Shown: one piece after another, positions 30,162 through 42,626 of the stretch | Numbering within the stretch: the stretch's first letter is position 1 | Layout of the letters: each line of letters opens with the position of its first letter | Assembly: GCA_963813715.1 (NCBI GenBank) | Contig: CAWFAK010000017.1 | Span: 416,001 to 480,000, forward strand | DNA length: 64,000 bases | Source: an uncultured Planctomycetaceae bacterium | GTDB lineage: Bacteria > Planctomycetota > Planctomycetia > Planctomycetales > Planctomycetaceae | Reading direction: 5' to 3' | The notes under the pieces: generated by a model | Seen by the model: the letters and a program-made list of their open reading frames with translations, nothing else | Databases searched by the model: none | What the model was told of the DNA's origin: nothing | Translations under genes and position numbers: made by a program

Positions 30162-31787
30162 CTAGCTGACCGACAGCACGTTGACGTTGAAGACGAGGAT
30201 CGAATTGGGCGGGATCGACGAGCCCGACCCGCTGGTGCCGTAGGCGAGCGTCGACGGGATGATGAGCTGCGCCACCGTGCCGACGGGCAGCAGTTTGAAC
30301 GCTTCGTCCCAACCGGCGATGACTTGGCCGGCGCCGAGTGTGAACGTGAACGGAGTCACGTGGCCGAACTTGGAGTCGGTGTTGGAGTCGAACTCGGTGC
30401 CGAGCGTGCCGTCCGAGTTCAACAGGAAGCCGGAATAGTCGACGCTGACCGTCTGACCGATGGCCGGGGTGGCCCCTGTGCCCCGGGTCGTGATCACGTA
30501 ATTCAAACCGTCCGCGGTGGTCGTGGCAGTGAGGTTATTCGCCTGCAAATACTTGTTGATGATGGCCGTGCCGTCGGTGATCGTGCCCGTCCCGGTCTGC
30601 GTGTTCCCTTGGTTGTCGGTGCTGGTGACGGTGACGGTGGTGACCGGCGACGCGAGCGTGGCGCCGCCCAGGTTCAGGGACCAGTTGCCGGCCGACGGCG
30701 ACGTTAACTGCGAATTGGTTCCGAGCGTGTACGTCGTCCCGTTGGCTGCGACTGTCAGCACCGACGTGTTGACCGAATCGAACGTGCCGGTGATCACTGG
30801 CGCCGTGTTGAGGGTGGTGGTCTGCGAATTCACCGTCGGTGCGGCGAGAGTCGGCGTCGTGTTGTTGAAGGTGGCGTTGCGAGTCTTCGGCGTGACGGAG
30901 AAGAAGACCGACTGCGGATCCTGGTTGATCGTGATCCCGTTATGCGGCGACCCGAGGAACGAAACGGCGCTCTGAAATTCATTCTGGCCGGCGTTGGCGC
31001 TGTTGAGATTGACGACGCCGCTTTGCCCCATCTGGATCGTGGCTCTGCCGGTGTAGGTCGTGTCGCTCGAGGTCAGCGTGCTGTCTTTCCCCGGCTCGAC
31101 GTTGTGCAGCTTTCCCGTGATGGTCGAACCGTTGAGCGTGAGCGCGCCGACTCGGTCGGTCAGGTTGCCGCCGATGGTGGTCGATTCGAGATCCAGCGTG
31201 TCGCCGGAGGATTTGCCCAGGCGGGCGTCGAGATTGCCAGTCACCGACGAATTTTGGATGGTGACGCTATCGGTGGATCGCCCGCCGTGGATGTTGATCT
31301 TGTCCGCGTCGACGTCGCTGAGCGTAATCGAGTTGCTTTGCTGGCTGGCATTCACGCCGACGTTGAGCGAGGCGAGCGTGGACGACCCGTCGCCGCTGAT
31401 GTTGACGCTGTTGTCGTGGTGATTGAGCGCCAGCGAGATCGAGGCGGGCCCCGTGATGTTGATGGTGTCGGTCGATTCCGTTTGACCGTTGACGCGGAAC
31501 TCCGTGTCGGTCCCGCCGGTGAGCACTACCTGAGAGCTGGTGTACGAGATGGTGACGCTGTCCTGCTCGGTCGTACTGCCGCCCCGCTGTTCGGTCAGGT
31601 GGATCGAATTACCGCTGACGTGGACGCCAACCAGCAGGGTGAGCATCTGGCGCCCTTCGAGCGACTCGATGTGAGCGATCGGGCCTCCGACGGAGCAGCG
31701 TCGACGCGCGCGGACTCGCCGCCCGGCCGCGCGTCCGCCCTGGCGTTTGAGCCACGCGGCAATGTGGTGAGTCCAACTTCGGGGCAT
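30162..31787 (-). CDS. LEPR-XLL leader protein with C-terminal FKBP PPIase
   Basis: ESLEGRQML; Thr/Ser/Asn-rich middle; FDSN..GQVIAGWDE..LAYG..IPPNSILVF. Confidence 0.88.
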   Translation of the reverse strand: MPRSWTHHIAAWLKRQGGRAAGRRVRARRRCSVGGPIAHIESLEGRQMLTLLVGVHVSGNSIHLTEQRGGSTTEQDSVTISYTSSQVVLTGGTDTEFRVNGQTESTDTINITGPASISLALNHHDNSVNISGDGSSTLASLNVGVNASQQSNSITLSDVDADKINIHGGRSTDSVTIQNSSVTGNLDARLGKSSGDTLDLESTTIGGNLTDRVGALTLNGSTITGKLHNVEPGKDSTLTSSDTTYTGRATIQMGQSGVVNLNSANAGQNEFQSAVSFLGSPHNGITINQDPQSVFFSVTPKTRNATFNNTTPTLAAPTVNSQTTTLNTAPVITGTFDSVNTSVLTVAANGTTYTLGTNSQLTSPSAGNWSLNLGGATLASPVTTVTVTSTDNQGNTQTGTGTITDGTAIINKYLQANNLTATTTADGLNYVITTRGTGATPAIGQTVSVDYSGFLLNSDGTLGTEFDSNTDSKFGHVTPFTFTLGAGQVIAGWDEAFKLLPVGTVAQLIIPSTLAYGTSGSGSSIPPNSILVFNVNVLSVS

Positions 31788-32104
31788 CGTCGAGTGGTAG
31801 CTCGCATGAAGAGGATTGTCCGGTCGTCCTGGTCCGACCGCAGGATGGACCGGAAAAGGGGCAGACCGAAAAGGTATCGTCCGGGGACGAATCGGCCGCA
31901 CAGGCAATTTTAAATGACGGGAGGGGCACCGGCCAGACGTTGGAAGGGTTGAAAAAGGCTAATTTATACGTCTTCACGGATTGAGGGGCTTGTGCTCGAT
32001 GCGCCGGCGGCCGCCTGTGCGGAACGTTCCGAACGTGCACTGGGAGACCGTCGGCCTGATCTCGGGCTAAATTCGTGGCGGAGGCCGGCTCAGCTTGTTC
32101 CGTC

Positions 32105-33229
32105 TTAATTTGTCCCGGCAGCCGCGGCCTTGTCGATCGCTTCGTCGATCTGGCCCCGCAGCGTCCCCTCGTCCTTCTCGGTGAGGGGCTCTTTTTTCCG
32201 GACCGAGCAGATGATTGCGATGTTGTAACCGTCGGGCCGCTGCCGAATGATCGCCGTAGTCCCGGGGATACTGCCAAAGAAGAACCATTGCTTGTCCTGG
32301 CCCAGTTGGCGGGGCTGCCCGTTGGCCCAATAGTGGTCAAAGAATTTGCATAGGGCCGGTGCGGTCGCGACCAGGCCGCCAAACGAATCCATCAGCTCGA
32401 CGGGCACGTCCTTGACCGGAGACCAGACTTCGCGCGGATCGCGGTCGCTGGCGAAGTGCCGTCCACCCCGAATGTCCTCAATGCCCAGCGGTTTCAGAAT
32501 GTCGTCGCGCACGTAATTGACGTACGACTTGGCCGTCGCCTTTTCGATCACGCGACCCAGCACGCAATAGCCGAAATTCGAGTTGACCGTCTGCGTTCCG
32601 GGATCGAACTGCAACGGCTCGCTCAGCATATAGCGAACCACCTCCAGCGGCCGCAGTCGCCGCGTGACGTGCAGGGTTTTGTTTATGTCGTGGACGTGCA
32701 GAAACGGGTCGTACTGGCTGGCGTCCCAGCCCCCCTGGTGCTCGAGCAACTGATCGATCGTGATGACGTCGAGTCGGTGATCGGGATTGTCCGGTCGCAG
32801 CGGCTTGAGTTTGAGATACGGGAAGACTTTGGTGTCGCCCGTCAGCTTGCCGTCGCGAATCAGTTTGTGGACGGCGGCGGCCGTAATCGACTGGGTGATG
32901 CCGCCGATCCGCAACAGCGCGTCGGGCAGCGTGTGCTTCGTCTCTTGAGAATCGCGCCAACCGTAACCGCGGGAAAAGACCGGCTTATTGTTGAGCGAGA
33001 CGGCCGCGGTCGCTGCCGGGCAGTCGTTGCGATCCATGAACTCCATTACCGCTTTGTCGACCCCGGCGTAGGCCCGCACCGGCGTGCCCGTTGGCGTCGG
33101 CGTTTCGCCCGACAGTCGATCGCCGCCGATGGCTACCGGGGCAATCGCCGCCACGACGGATGCCGCGATGGAGAGCACGTGCAGGCTGGGAGTGTGGACC
33201 CGATTCTGGCGTCGACGATACCGGGCCAT
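32105..33229 (-). CDS. Beta-lactamase/serine hydrolase fold protein with substituted catalytic residues
   Basis: RGYG, ITIDQLLEHQGG, PLQFDPG, SNFGYCVLGRVIEK; signal-like N-terminus. Confidence 0.85.
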   Translation of the reverse strand: MARYRRRQNRVHTPSLHVLSIAASVVAAIAPVAIGGDRLSGETPTPTGTPVRAYAGVDKAVMEFMDRNDCPAATAAVSLNNKPVFSRGYGWRDSQETKHTLPDALLRIGGITQSITAAAVHKLIRDGKLTGDTKVFPYLKLKPLRPDNPDHRLDVITIDQLLEHQGGWDASQYDPFLHVHDINKTLHVTRRLRPLEVVRYMLSEPLQFDPGTQTVNSNFGYCVLGRVIEKATAKSYVNYVRDDILKPLGIEDIRGGRHFASDRDPREVWSPVKDVPVELMDSFGGLVATAPALCKFFDHYWANGQPRQLGQDKQWFFFGSIPGTTAIIRQRPDGYNIAIICSVRKKEPLTEKDEGTLRGQIDEAIDKAAAAGTN

Positions 33230-33286
33230 CGCATGATCTCACTTCAAGTTGAAGGATCACCGAGCGCCCGTGCCGCGGTGATCGAT

Positions 33287-33869
33287 TCAGGTCGGTTGCC
33301 CGTCGGCCGTTTGGCGATCAGCAAAATGCTTGAGGCCGGGCAAGCCGTCGATACTCTGCCGGTTCTTCGTGGTCTTGTACTCGGCGATTCCTTCCGGCCC
33401 CTTGCGGTCGCACCAGGCCGGGAGCTGGGTGCGGTCGCCCTTGAATTCGTAAAGCGGAATTCCGTAGCCGCAGGAGTCGGCGATCATCTCCACATGTAGA
33501 ACAATGATCGACCGTGGGGAGTCATATTGCGGCAACTGTCCGGCATACGTGTCCCAGGCGATGTCATTGGGCTCGATGGCTTGGCCGCGGCCGCGCAGCC
33601 GGAGGATTCGCGGCGGTCCCTGGAACGCGCAAAAACATGATCGTCAGGCGGCCATTTTCGCGGAGATGGGCCACCGTTTCGATGCCGCTGCCCGTGAAAT
33701 CGACGTAGGCGACTGTCGTCGGTCCGAGAATCCGCAGGCAGTCGAGCCCTTTTGGCGAAACGTTGACGTGGCCATCGGCCGCGAGCGGCGCCGTGGCGAC
33801 AAAGAACATCTTCTGCTGCCCGATGAATTCGCGAAGGGCTGCGTTCAGTTCGGGATAGAGGCTGCCCAC
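33287..33869 (-). CDS. Pyridoxamine 5'-phosphate oxidase family protein, frameshift near 33635
   Basis: MFFVATAP..VNVSPKG..GSGIET..DSCGYGIP. Confidence 0.85.
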
Positions 33870-34116
33870 TTCGGCTCCGTGGCTGGGCTGAGTTGCGGCC
33901 CGATTTTCGCTCTTGGCTCTATGTTAGCACGCGTCGGCAAAACTTCGGAGAGTGCGGTATTGTGCGCGGAATGCTTACGTGCGTTTACTCGGTTAAACCA
34001 TAGATTCCGCGATCCCTCGTCTATAAAATGACAAACGCGATGCGACCGACCGCGCCGTGCTCGCTGCGCGAGAGTTCTACGCGGGGAACCGGTCCGCACC
34101 GGGGCGGAGAGTCCGG

Positions 34117-36602
34117 ATGGAACGCCGAGCCGTCACGGTCGAAGGTATTGTGCAAGGCGTCGGTTTCCGGCCCTTTGTCTACTCGCTGGCGGCGCGGCTC
34201 GATCTCGTCGGGTTCGTCCAGAATCAATCTGGTCGTGTGCGAATCGAGGTCGAGGGGAACCCCAGCTCGCTCGAGCGTTTCGTTCGCGAGCTGCACGAAC
34301 AGGCGCCGCCGCTGGCGCGGATCGACGCGATCACATCCCAGTCGGAAGCGCCGCGCGGCGAGACAAAGTTCCGCATCGAGGCCAGCGATCACGACGGCGA
34401 CAGTCCGATTTTCATTTCGCCCGACGTCGCCACCTGTCCCGACTGCCTGGCGGAGCTCTTCGATCCGTCCGATCGGCATTACCGCTATCCGTTTCTGAAC
34501 TGCACCAATTGCGGACCGCGGCTGACGATTATTGAAGGTGCGCCTACGATCGGGGACGCACGACGATGGCCGCGTTTCCAATGTGTGCCGATTGCGCGGC
34601 CGAGTACGCCGACCCTCGCGATCGCCGCTTTCACGCCCAACCGGCCGCCTGCCCCGCTTGCGGACCGCGACTTTCGATTTGCAATGCCGACGGACGGCCC
34701 ATCGAATCGAACGATCCGGTGGTGACCTTTGTCGAAGCACTCCGCCAGGGACAGATCGGTGCGATCAAGGGTTTAGGCGGCTATCACCTGGCCTGCGCCG
34801 CCGCCCGCGCGAGCGTCGTTCAGGAGTTGCGGCAGCGCAAACACCGCGATGAAAAGCCGTTCGCCGTGATGGTGCGGGACGTCGAGACGGCCGCTCGGCT
34901 GTGCGAGATCGATGCCGACGAACGGGAACTGCTGGAGTCGCCGCGGCGGCCCATCGTCCTGCTGCGGAAGCGGCCGACGTTGGGCGAGCTCGTCTGCGAC
35001 GCCGTCGCACCGGGCAATCCGCGCTTGGGGGTCATGCTCCCCTATACCCCACTACATCACTTGTTGTTCGCGGAGTTTCCGCGGCAGTCGCTGGTGATGA
35101 CGAGCGGCAATCGCTCGGACGAGCCGATCGCTTACGAAGACGCCGACGCCTTCGAGCGATTGCGCGGCATCGCGGACGTGTTTTTGATCCACAATCGGCC
35201 CGATCCATGTACGCTGCGACGATTCGGTGACGCGGATTGTCGATTCGCGCGAATCGCCCGTCCGCCGCTCGCGCGGCTATGCGCCGCAGCCGGTGCCGTT
35301 GCCCCTCGCCTGCCCGCGGCCGATTCTGGCGGTCGGCGGGCAGCTGAAGGGCGTGTTTGCCCTCGGCCGCGGCCGGCAGGCCTTTTTGAGCCATCACTTG
35401 GGCGACCTTGACCAGTGGGACGCGTACCGGGCGTTCGTTCGTGACGTCGGGCTTTACGAAGAGCTGTTCGCCGTCGTCCCCGAGTTGATCGTTCACGATC
35501 TGCATCCCGATTACGCGTCGACGAACTACGCCCGCCAGCGCGGTTCGTCCACCGGAGTTCCCCTGTTAGCCGTGCAGCATCATCATGCGCACGTGGCCAG
35601 CGGGATGGCCGAACACGGTCTCGATGAGCCGGTCATCGGCGTGTCGTTCGACGGCACGGGATACGGGACCGACGGAGCGATCTGGGGAGGCGAATTCCTC
35701 GTCGCCGATTACCGAGGCTTTCGTCGCGCCGCCCATTTGCGCTACGTCGGACTGCCGGGGGGCGATTCGGCCGTTCGCGAGCCGTGGCGGATGGCGGCGG
35801 CCCACCTGCTCGACGCCGGCTGTTCGTACGAACTGCTGGCTGCGCGGATCGAACCCACCAAGCTGCGGACGATCGCCGCCATGCTCGAGCGGAGAATCAA
35901 TACGCCGCTGACGTCGAGCGCCGGCCGCCTGTTCGACGCGGTGAGCGCGCTGGCCGGCGTCCGCGATACGACCAGTTACGAGGGCCAGGCGGCGATCGAG
36001 CTGGAATGGCTGGCGGAGCAGTCGCGAGCCTGCCGGAGCCTATCCCTTTGAGCTCACCCCGGTCACCGAGAGTTCTCAACCAGCCGCGCCTGCGACCGCC
36101 GCGCCGTGGCAAATCGATACGCGGCCGCTGATTCGTGCCGTTGCTGCCGACGTGCAGCAGGGGGTCGACGCCGCGCCGCGTGGCCCGCCGCTTCCACACG
36201 TCGATCGTCGAAATGATTGCGACGACCTGCGCGCTCATTCGCGAGCAATGCGGGATCGACGCGGTCGTCCTCAGCGGCGGCGTTTTCATGAACGCGCTGG
36301 TTGCCACCGAATCGGCGGCCCGGCTCTCCGCGGACGGCTTTCGCGTTTACCGACACGTGCTCGTCCCGCCGAACGACGGGGGGATCAGCCTCGGGCAATT
36401 GGCGATCGGGGCGGCCGCACTCGCCCATGGGACGGTCACTTCTTTACCGCGGGCATCGGAATTGCACACGCCGGTCGCGGTGGCCGGACCGAGGCCCGGT
36501 CAGCCGTCGCCGCGAACTGCTCGAACCACTCGAACCGAGATTGGTCTCAACTCTGCCGCCCGTCGCCCTTGCTTAGCCCCGCACGCACGACAGGAAGGAT
36601 GA
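34117..36602 (+). CDS. hypF: Carbamoyltransferase HypF, several frameshifts
   Basis: VQGVGFRP, two zinc fingers, KGLGGYHL, HDLHPDY, QHHHAH, PPNDGG. Confidence 0.93.
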
Positions 36603-36606
36603 ACGC

Positions 36607-36858
36607 ATGTGTCTCGCCATACCGGGCAAAGTCGTCGACCTGTATCGGGAGCACGACGTTTTGATGGGGAAGGTCGACTTCGGCGGCGTCTCGAAGCGGG
36701 TCTGCCTCGAGCACACGCCCGAAGTGCAGCCGGGGCAATACGTCATCGTCCACGTTGGCTTCGCGTTGCAGGTCGTGGACGAAGAGGAGGCGAAACAAGT
36801 CTTTTCGTTCCTGGAAGGGATGAACGAACTGGGCGAGCTGCAAACGGACCAGACCTGA
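36607..36858 (+). CDS. hypC: Hydrogenase chaperone HypC
   Basis: MCLAIPG, VHVGFA. Confidence 0.97.
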   Translation: MCLAIPGKVVDLYREHDVLMGKVDFGGVSKRVCLEHTPEVQPGQYVIVHVGFALQVVDEEEAKQVFSFLEGMNELGELQTDQT

Positions 36859-36999
36859 GGGCGAGCGCCGCGAGTGTAAGCCGGCCGGTTCCGAATTATT
36901 GCCGGGCTCTTTTCTGTTGACTGGCAAGCCCGACGAGGTCGGAGGAATCAAAAACCAAGAACCGGCATGACACTCGCCGCTCGCCGGGAGGGTGAAACC

Positions 37000-38139
37000 G
37001 TGAAGTACCAGCAGGAATATCGCGACCCGGTCGCCGCCCAGAAGTTGCGGCAGGCGATTGCCGGGATCACCACGCAACCCTGGACGATCATGGAGGTCTG
37101 CGGCGGGCAGACGCATTCAATCGTCAAATATGGGATCGACGAACTGTTGCCACCGAAGGTCGAGCTGGTGCACGGACCGGGTTGCCCGGTCTGCGTCACG
37201 CCGCTGGAGCTGATCGACCGGGCCATCGCCATCGCCGCGCGACCCGAAGTGATCTTCTGTTCGTTCGGCGACATGCTGCGCGTCCCCGGCAGCCGGCGGG
37301 ATTTGTTTGACGTGAAGGCGGCGGGCGGCGACGTGCGCATCGTCTATTCGCCGCTCGACTGTTTGAAAATCGCCGAGCAAAATCCGGATCGCACCGTGGT
37401 GTTCTTCGCGGTCGGCTTCGAGACCACGTCGCCTCCCAACGCGATGGCCGTCATGCAGGCGAAGCGGCGCGGGATCAAGAACTTCGCCGTGCTGGTTTCG
37501 CACGTGCTGGTGCCGCCGGCCATGCGGGCGATCCTTTCGTCGCCGACCAACCGCGTGCAGGGTTTCCTGGGAGCAGGGCACGTCTGCGCCGTGATGGGCT
37601 ACGAGGAATACGAGCCGCTCGCGCAAGAGTTTCAAATTCCCATCGTGGTCACCGGTTTTGAGCCGCTCGATCTGCTGGAAGGCATCTACCGCTGCGTCAG
37701 CATGCTGGAGGCGGGCAAGGTGGGCGTGGAAAATCCGTATGCCCGCGCCGTTCGCCGCGAGGGGAATCGGCCGGCCCGCCAGCTCGTCGACGACGTCTTC
37801 GAAGTCGGCGACCGCAAATGGCGGGGCATCGGCACCATTCCGCAAAGCGGCCTGAAACTGCGGCCGGAATTCGCCGAATACGACGCGGAAACGCGGTTCG
37901 CGGTGTCTCAGCTCGAGGTGCTCGAATCGGACGTCTGCATCAGCGGGCTGATCCTGCAGGGCATCCGCAAACCGCACGAGTGTCCGGCATTCGGCAAGAC
38001 GTGCACGCCGGAGCGACCGCTCGGTGCGACGATGGTTTCTTCGGAAGGGGCCTGCGCGGCTTACTACAACTACGGTCGCTACCGGGGAACGACGCCGGTG
38101 CCGCGTTTGAGGTTTTATTGCATGACGGACGCCAGATGA
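37000..38139 (+). CDS. hypD: Hydrogenase maturation protein HypD
   Basis: [29 protein letters not shown]. Confidence 0.97.
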   Translation: MKYQQEYRDPVAAQKLRQAIAGITTQPWTIMEVCGGQTHSIVKYGIDELLPPKVELVHGPGCPVCVTPLELIDRAIAIAARPEVIFCSFGDMLRVPGSRRDLFDVKAAGGDVRIVYSPLDCLKIAEQNPDRTVVFFAVGFETTSPPNAMAVMQAKRRGIKNFAVLVSHVLVPPAMRAILSSPTNRVQGFLGAGHVCAVMGYEEYEPLAQEFQIPIVVTGFEPLDLLEGIYRCVSMLEAGKVGVENPYARAVRREGNRPARQLVDDVFEVGDRKWRGIGTIPQSGLKLRPEFAEYDAETRFAVSQLEVLESDVCISGLILQGIRKPHECPAFGKTCTPERPLGATMVSSEGACAAYYNYGRYRGTTPVPRLRFYCMTDAR

Positions 38140-39246
38140 ATGAACCTCGCGACGTCGATTTCGACCGCATGAGCTGTCCGCTCCCGCTGACGGACTACGA
38201 CCATGTTTTGCTGGGGCACGGCAGCGGCGGCAAACTGACGGCCGACCTCATTCAGCGCGTTTCTTGCCCGAGCTGGGCAATCCGATTCTGGACGCGCTGG
38301 AAGATCAGGCCATCGTCCCGTTCGGCGCAGGTCAGGGCGGCGCAGCAAATGCGCAGCGACCAACGGGCATGCCGCCCCGCGGCTGGCTTTCACTACTGAC
38401 TCGTTCGTCGTCCGGCCCCTGTTCTTTCCCGGGCGGCGACATCGGCCGTCTGGCTGTGCACGGCACGGTGAACGATCTGGCGGTCGGCGGTGCGATCCCG
38501 CTCTATCTCTCCGCGGCCTTCATCCTCGAAGAAGGCCTGCCGATGAACGATTTGCGGCGGATCGTCACCTCGTTGGCCGAGGCGTGTCGCGAAGCGAACG
38601 TCCAGCTCGTCACCGGCGACACCAAGGTCGTCGACCATGGCAAAGGTGATCAGATCTTCATCACGACTTCGGGCATCGGCATTGTGCCGGCGGGTCGCCG
38701 GCTGTCGATCCGCAAAGCGCGGCCCGGCGATCGCGTGATCGTGTCGGGCACGATCGGCGACCACGGCATCGCCATCATGTCGCTGCGCGAAGGGATTGAA
38801 TTCGAGACCGTGCTCGAGAGCGACTCCGCCGCCCTGCACGATCTCACCCGAGTGATGCTGGACGCGTGTCCGGAGATCCGCTGCATGCGCGATCCGACGC
38901 GCGGCGGCGTCTCCAGCGCGCTCAACGAATTGGCCGCCGCCTCGAACGTCGGTGTCCATATCCATGAGCCAAAGCTCCCCGTCCGAGCGGAGGTCTCGGC
39001 GGCATGTGAAATGCTCGGTTTGGATCCCCTTTACGTGGCGAACGAGGGAAAACTCATCGCCGTGGTGCCGGCCGAGCACGCGGAACGTGTCTTGAGCGTC
39101 ATGCGACAACATCCTCTGGGCGCAATTCCGCGCTCATCGGTGAGATCGTCCAGGACCATCCGGGGATGGTCATCATGCGGTCGGTCATCGGAGGGGACCG
39201 CGTCGTCACCATGCTGGCAGGAGAACAGCTCCCGAGAATCTGCTGA
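38136..39246 (+). CDS. hypE: Hydrogenase maturation protein HypE, frameshifted
   Basis: HGSGG, GTVNDLA, GDTKVV, RDPTRGG, terminal GEQLPRIC. Confidence 0.93.
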
Positions 39247-39319
39247 ATTTGCCGACGATTGGCCACGCATCCAATTCGCCGCCATCCGCCAAAACCTCAC
39301 CAAAACACGAGGAGATCCC

Positions 39320-40390
39320 ATGATTAAAGGGAATGGCAGGAGTACGGGGCAAACGATTCAGGCGAGACGCCCACCCGACGTGAAAGAGATTCACGTCGTC
39401 TGGATGACCGGCGGGCTGAGCTGCGACGGCGACAGCGTGTCGATCACCGCCGCCATGCAGCCCAGCGTCGAAGATGTGGTGATGGGGGCCATTCCCGGTT
39501 TGCCCAAGGTCCACCTGCACAACCCAGTCCTCGCCTACGAGAACGGCGATGACTTCATGAAGTGGTGGTACATGGCGGAAAAGGGTGAACTCGATCCGTT
39601 CGTTCTGGTCATGGAAGGATCAATCCCCAATGAGCGAATCAAAGCCGAAGGGTACTGGGCGGCCTTCGGCACGAACCACGAAACGGGTCAACCGATAACC
39701 ACCTGTGAATGGATCGATCGGCTGGCGCCGAAAGCGTTGGCGGTCGTCGCGGCCGGCACGTGCGCGACCTACGGCGGAATTCATGCCATGATGGGTAATC
39801 CCACCGGTGCCATGGGCCTGGCCGACTACCTCGGCTGGACTTGGAAGTCGAAGGCCGGCGTGCCGATCATCAACGTCCCGGGCTGTCCGGTGCAGCCGGA
39901 CAATTTCATGGAGACGTTGCTCTACCTGCTTTACCAGGTCGCCGGCCTCGCTCCGATGATCCCGCTTGACGATCAGCTGCGGCCGAAGTGGCTCTTCGAG
40001 CACACAGTGCATGAAGGCTGCGATCGCGGCGGCTACTACGAAGAGGGGCAGTTCGCACACGAGTACGGCAAGCCCGAATGCCTCGTGAAGCTCGGCTGCT
40101 GGGGACCGGTCGTCAACTGCAACGTCACCAAGCGCGGTTGGATGGCCGGCATTGGCGGTTGCCCGAACGTCGGCGGCATCTGCATCGGCTGCACGATGCC
40201 GGGCTTCCCCGACAAATTCATGCCCTTCATGGATCCGCCTCCGGGCTCGATGGTCTCCTCGTCCGCTTCCCGGGCCTACGGGAGCGTGATCCGGTCCTTG
40301 CGGAAAATCACGCAGCGTACGGCCAACAAGGAGCCAAAGTGGCGTCATCCGGGGAATGTACTGACGACCGGTTACACGGCTTCCCGTTGA
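39320..40390 (+). CDS. hhyS: Group 1h [NiFe]-hydrogenase small subunit
   Basis: GAGGAG RBS; SCDGD, GTCATYGG, PGCP, HEGC, GCWGP, CIGCT; no Tat signal. Confidence 0.92.
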   Translation: MIKGNGRSTGQTIQARRPPDVKEIHVVWMTGGLSCDGDSVSITAAMQPSVEDVVMGAIPGLPKVHLHNPVLAYENGDDFMKWWYMAEKGELDPFVLVMEGSIPNERIKAEGYWAAFGTNHETGQPITTCEWIDRLAPKALAVVAAGTCATYGGIHAMMGNPTGAMGLADYLGWTWKSKAGVPIINVPGCPVQPDNFMETLLYLLYQVAGLAPMIPLDDQLRPKWLFEHTVHEGCDRGGYYEEGQFAHEYGKPECLVKLGCWGPVVNCNVTKRGWMAGIGGCPNVGGICIGCTMPGFPDKFMPFMDPPPGSMVSSSASRAYGSVIRSLRKITQRTANKEPKWRHPGNVLTTGYTASR

Positions 40391-40565
40391 CCTGTCCTTC
40401 GGGACGGGCGGGCCTGATTCGGTGCGACGCCGATCAGGCCCAACGCACGGCCGACGGCTCCGCGACACGCGGACAGAATACTTGGTCCGGATGCAGCTGC
40501 ACGTTTGAGGAACACCAAATAAAACCGGCCGGCGCGTCTCGCCGGCCGCCAACGGAGAATCGACC

Positions 40566-42366
40566 ATGGCGACTGCTATTCTTCCGAAAACCGCGGCCGA
40601 CAAGGAGCCGGGCAAGCTGGTCGAAATGAGCTGGGATCCGATCACCCGGATCGTCGGCAGTCTGGGCATCTTCACCAAGATCGACTTTGCCAAGAAGCAA
40701 GTCGCCGAGTGCTACAGCACTTCGTCGATCTTCCGCGGCTACAGCATCTTTATGAAGGGCAAAGATCCGCGGGACGCCCACTTCATTACCAGCCGCATCT
40801 GCGGGATCTGCGGCGACAACCACGCGACATGCGCCGTGCTACGCCCAGAACATGGCCTTTGGCGTCGTGCCGCCGGCGCTGGGCGAGTGGATCATCAACC
40901 TGGGTGAAGCGGCCGAATACATGTTCGACCACAACATCTTCCAGGACAATCTGGTCGGCGTCGACTTCTGCGAGCAGATGGTGAAGGAGACCAATCCCGG
41001 CGTCTGGGAAAAAGCCAGAAAGACCGAGTCGCCCAATGCCGCCGCGCACGGTTACAAGACCATCGGCGACATTATGACGGCCCTCAATCCGTTTACCGGC
41101 GACTTCTATCGCGAGACGCTGCAAGTCAGCCGCATGACGCGCGAGATGTTCTGCCTGATGGAAGGCCGGCACGTCCATCCGTCGACCTTGTATCCGGGCG
41201 GCACCGGCACCGTCCCCACGGTGCAGCTCTTCACCGACTACCTCGTACGTTTGATGCGGTACGTCGAGTTCATGAAGAAGTGCCTGCCGCTGCACGAAGA
41301 CCTGTTCAACTTCTGGTACGAGGCGCTGCCCGGCTACGAAGAGGTGGGCCGCCGCCGCATCCTGCTCGGTTGCTGGGGTTCGTTCCAGGACCCGGCTGTG
41401 TGCGATTACCAATACCGCACGATGAACGAGTGGGGCAACGCGATGTTCGTCACCCCGGGCATCGTGGTCGACGGCAAACTCGTCACCACGAACCTGGTCG
41501 ATATCAACCTGGGCATCCGCATTCTCCTCGGCAGCTCGTATTACGACGACTGGGAGAACGAAGAGACGTTCGTGCGGCAGGACCCGCTGGGCAACCCGGT
41601 CGATCGCCGGCACCCGTGGAACCAGACAACCATTCCCAAGCCGCAGAAGCGCGACTTCGGCGGCAAGTACACGTGGGTGATGTCGCCCCGCTGGCTCGAT
41701 AAGCGGACGGGCGACCACCTGGCCCTCGACACGGGGGGCGGACCAATCGCTCGGCTGTGGGCGACGGCGCTCGCCGGCAAAGTCGACATCGGCTACATCA
41801 AGGCGACCGGCCAGAGCGTGAAGATGATGCTGCCCAAGACGGCCACCAAGCCCGAAGTCGAGTTCGAGTGGAAGATCCCGAAGTGGAGTAACGCCATCGA
41901 GCGCGACCGGGCGCGCACGTATTTCCAGGTCTACGCGGCTTGCTGCGGTCTGTATTTCGTCGAGCAGGCACTTCGCGAGCTGCACTCGGGTCGCACGGAG
42001 ACCTGGGCTCCGTTCAAGGTGCCCGACGAAGCGATCGGCTGCGGCTTCCACGAGGCGGTCCGCGGCGTGCTGTCGCATCACGTCGTGATTCGCAACGGCA
42101 AGATTGCCAACTATCACCCGTACCCGCCGACACCCTGGAACGCCAACCCTCGCGACAGCTACGGAACGCCCGGTCCGTACGAGGACGCCGTCCAGGGGAC
42201 GCCGATCTTCGAGGAGAACGGCCCGGACAAGTTCAAAGGCATCGACATCATGCGGGCGGTCCGCAGCTTTGATCCGTGCCTCCCCTGTGGAGTGCACATG
42301 TTCCTGGGGAATGGCCGCACGCTCGATGTTCGGCACCAGCCGATGTTCGGAGTGCCGAACGCGTGA
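40566..42366 (+). CDS. hhyL: Group 1h [NiFe]-hydrogenase large subunit, frameshift near 40838
   Basis: L1 TSRICGICGDNH; L2 SFDPCLPCGVH. Confidence 0.95.
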
Positions 42367-42374
42367 AGGACGCC

Positions 42375-42545
42375 GGAGGGCAAGCTGCCAGCTTGTCCGC
42401 CGACGTGGGAGGGCGAAGCTCGGCTCGACTGTCGGACGGAAATCCGCCGAGCGACAGCGAGTGAGTTACATCCTGAAAGAGCAGCCTGACGCAGCAACGA
42501 AGACGCGGCAACAGAACCGAGGCTCGGCGGGAGCCTCGCTCTCCC
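42375..42545. repeat. Cluster of REP-like palindromes (families A and B)
   Basis: GGAGGGCAAGCTGCCAGCTTGTCC 42375-42398; GGGAGGGCGAAGCTCGGC at 42407; GGGAGAGCGAGGCTCCCGCCGAGCC on minus 42521-42545. Confidence 0.7.
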
Positions 42546-42626
42546 GGATGGGATTGGTCAGAATGAGCCCCGCGTTGGTCTGAAGCCGACGGATGGGAGA
42601 TCGAATGGCCTTCGTGGATCGAACGC

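Noticed and set aside
38264..40390. 708-aa HypE-HhyS fusion ORF
   Set aside because: HypE's PRIC end and stop lie in another frame at 39246; hhyS has its own RBS and ATG at 39320
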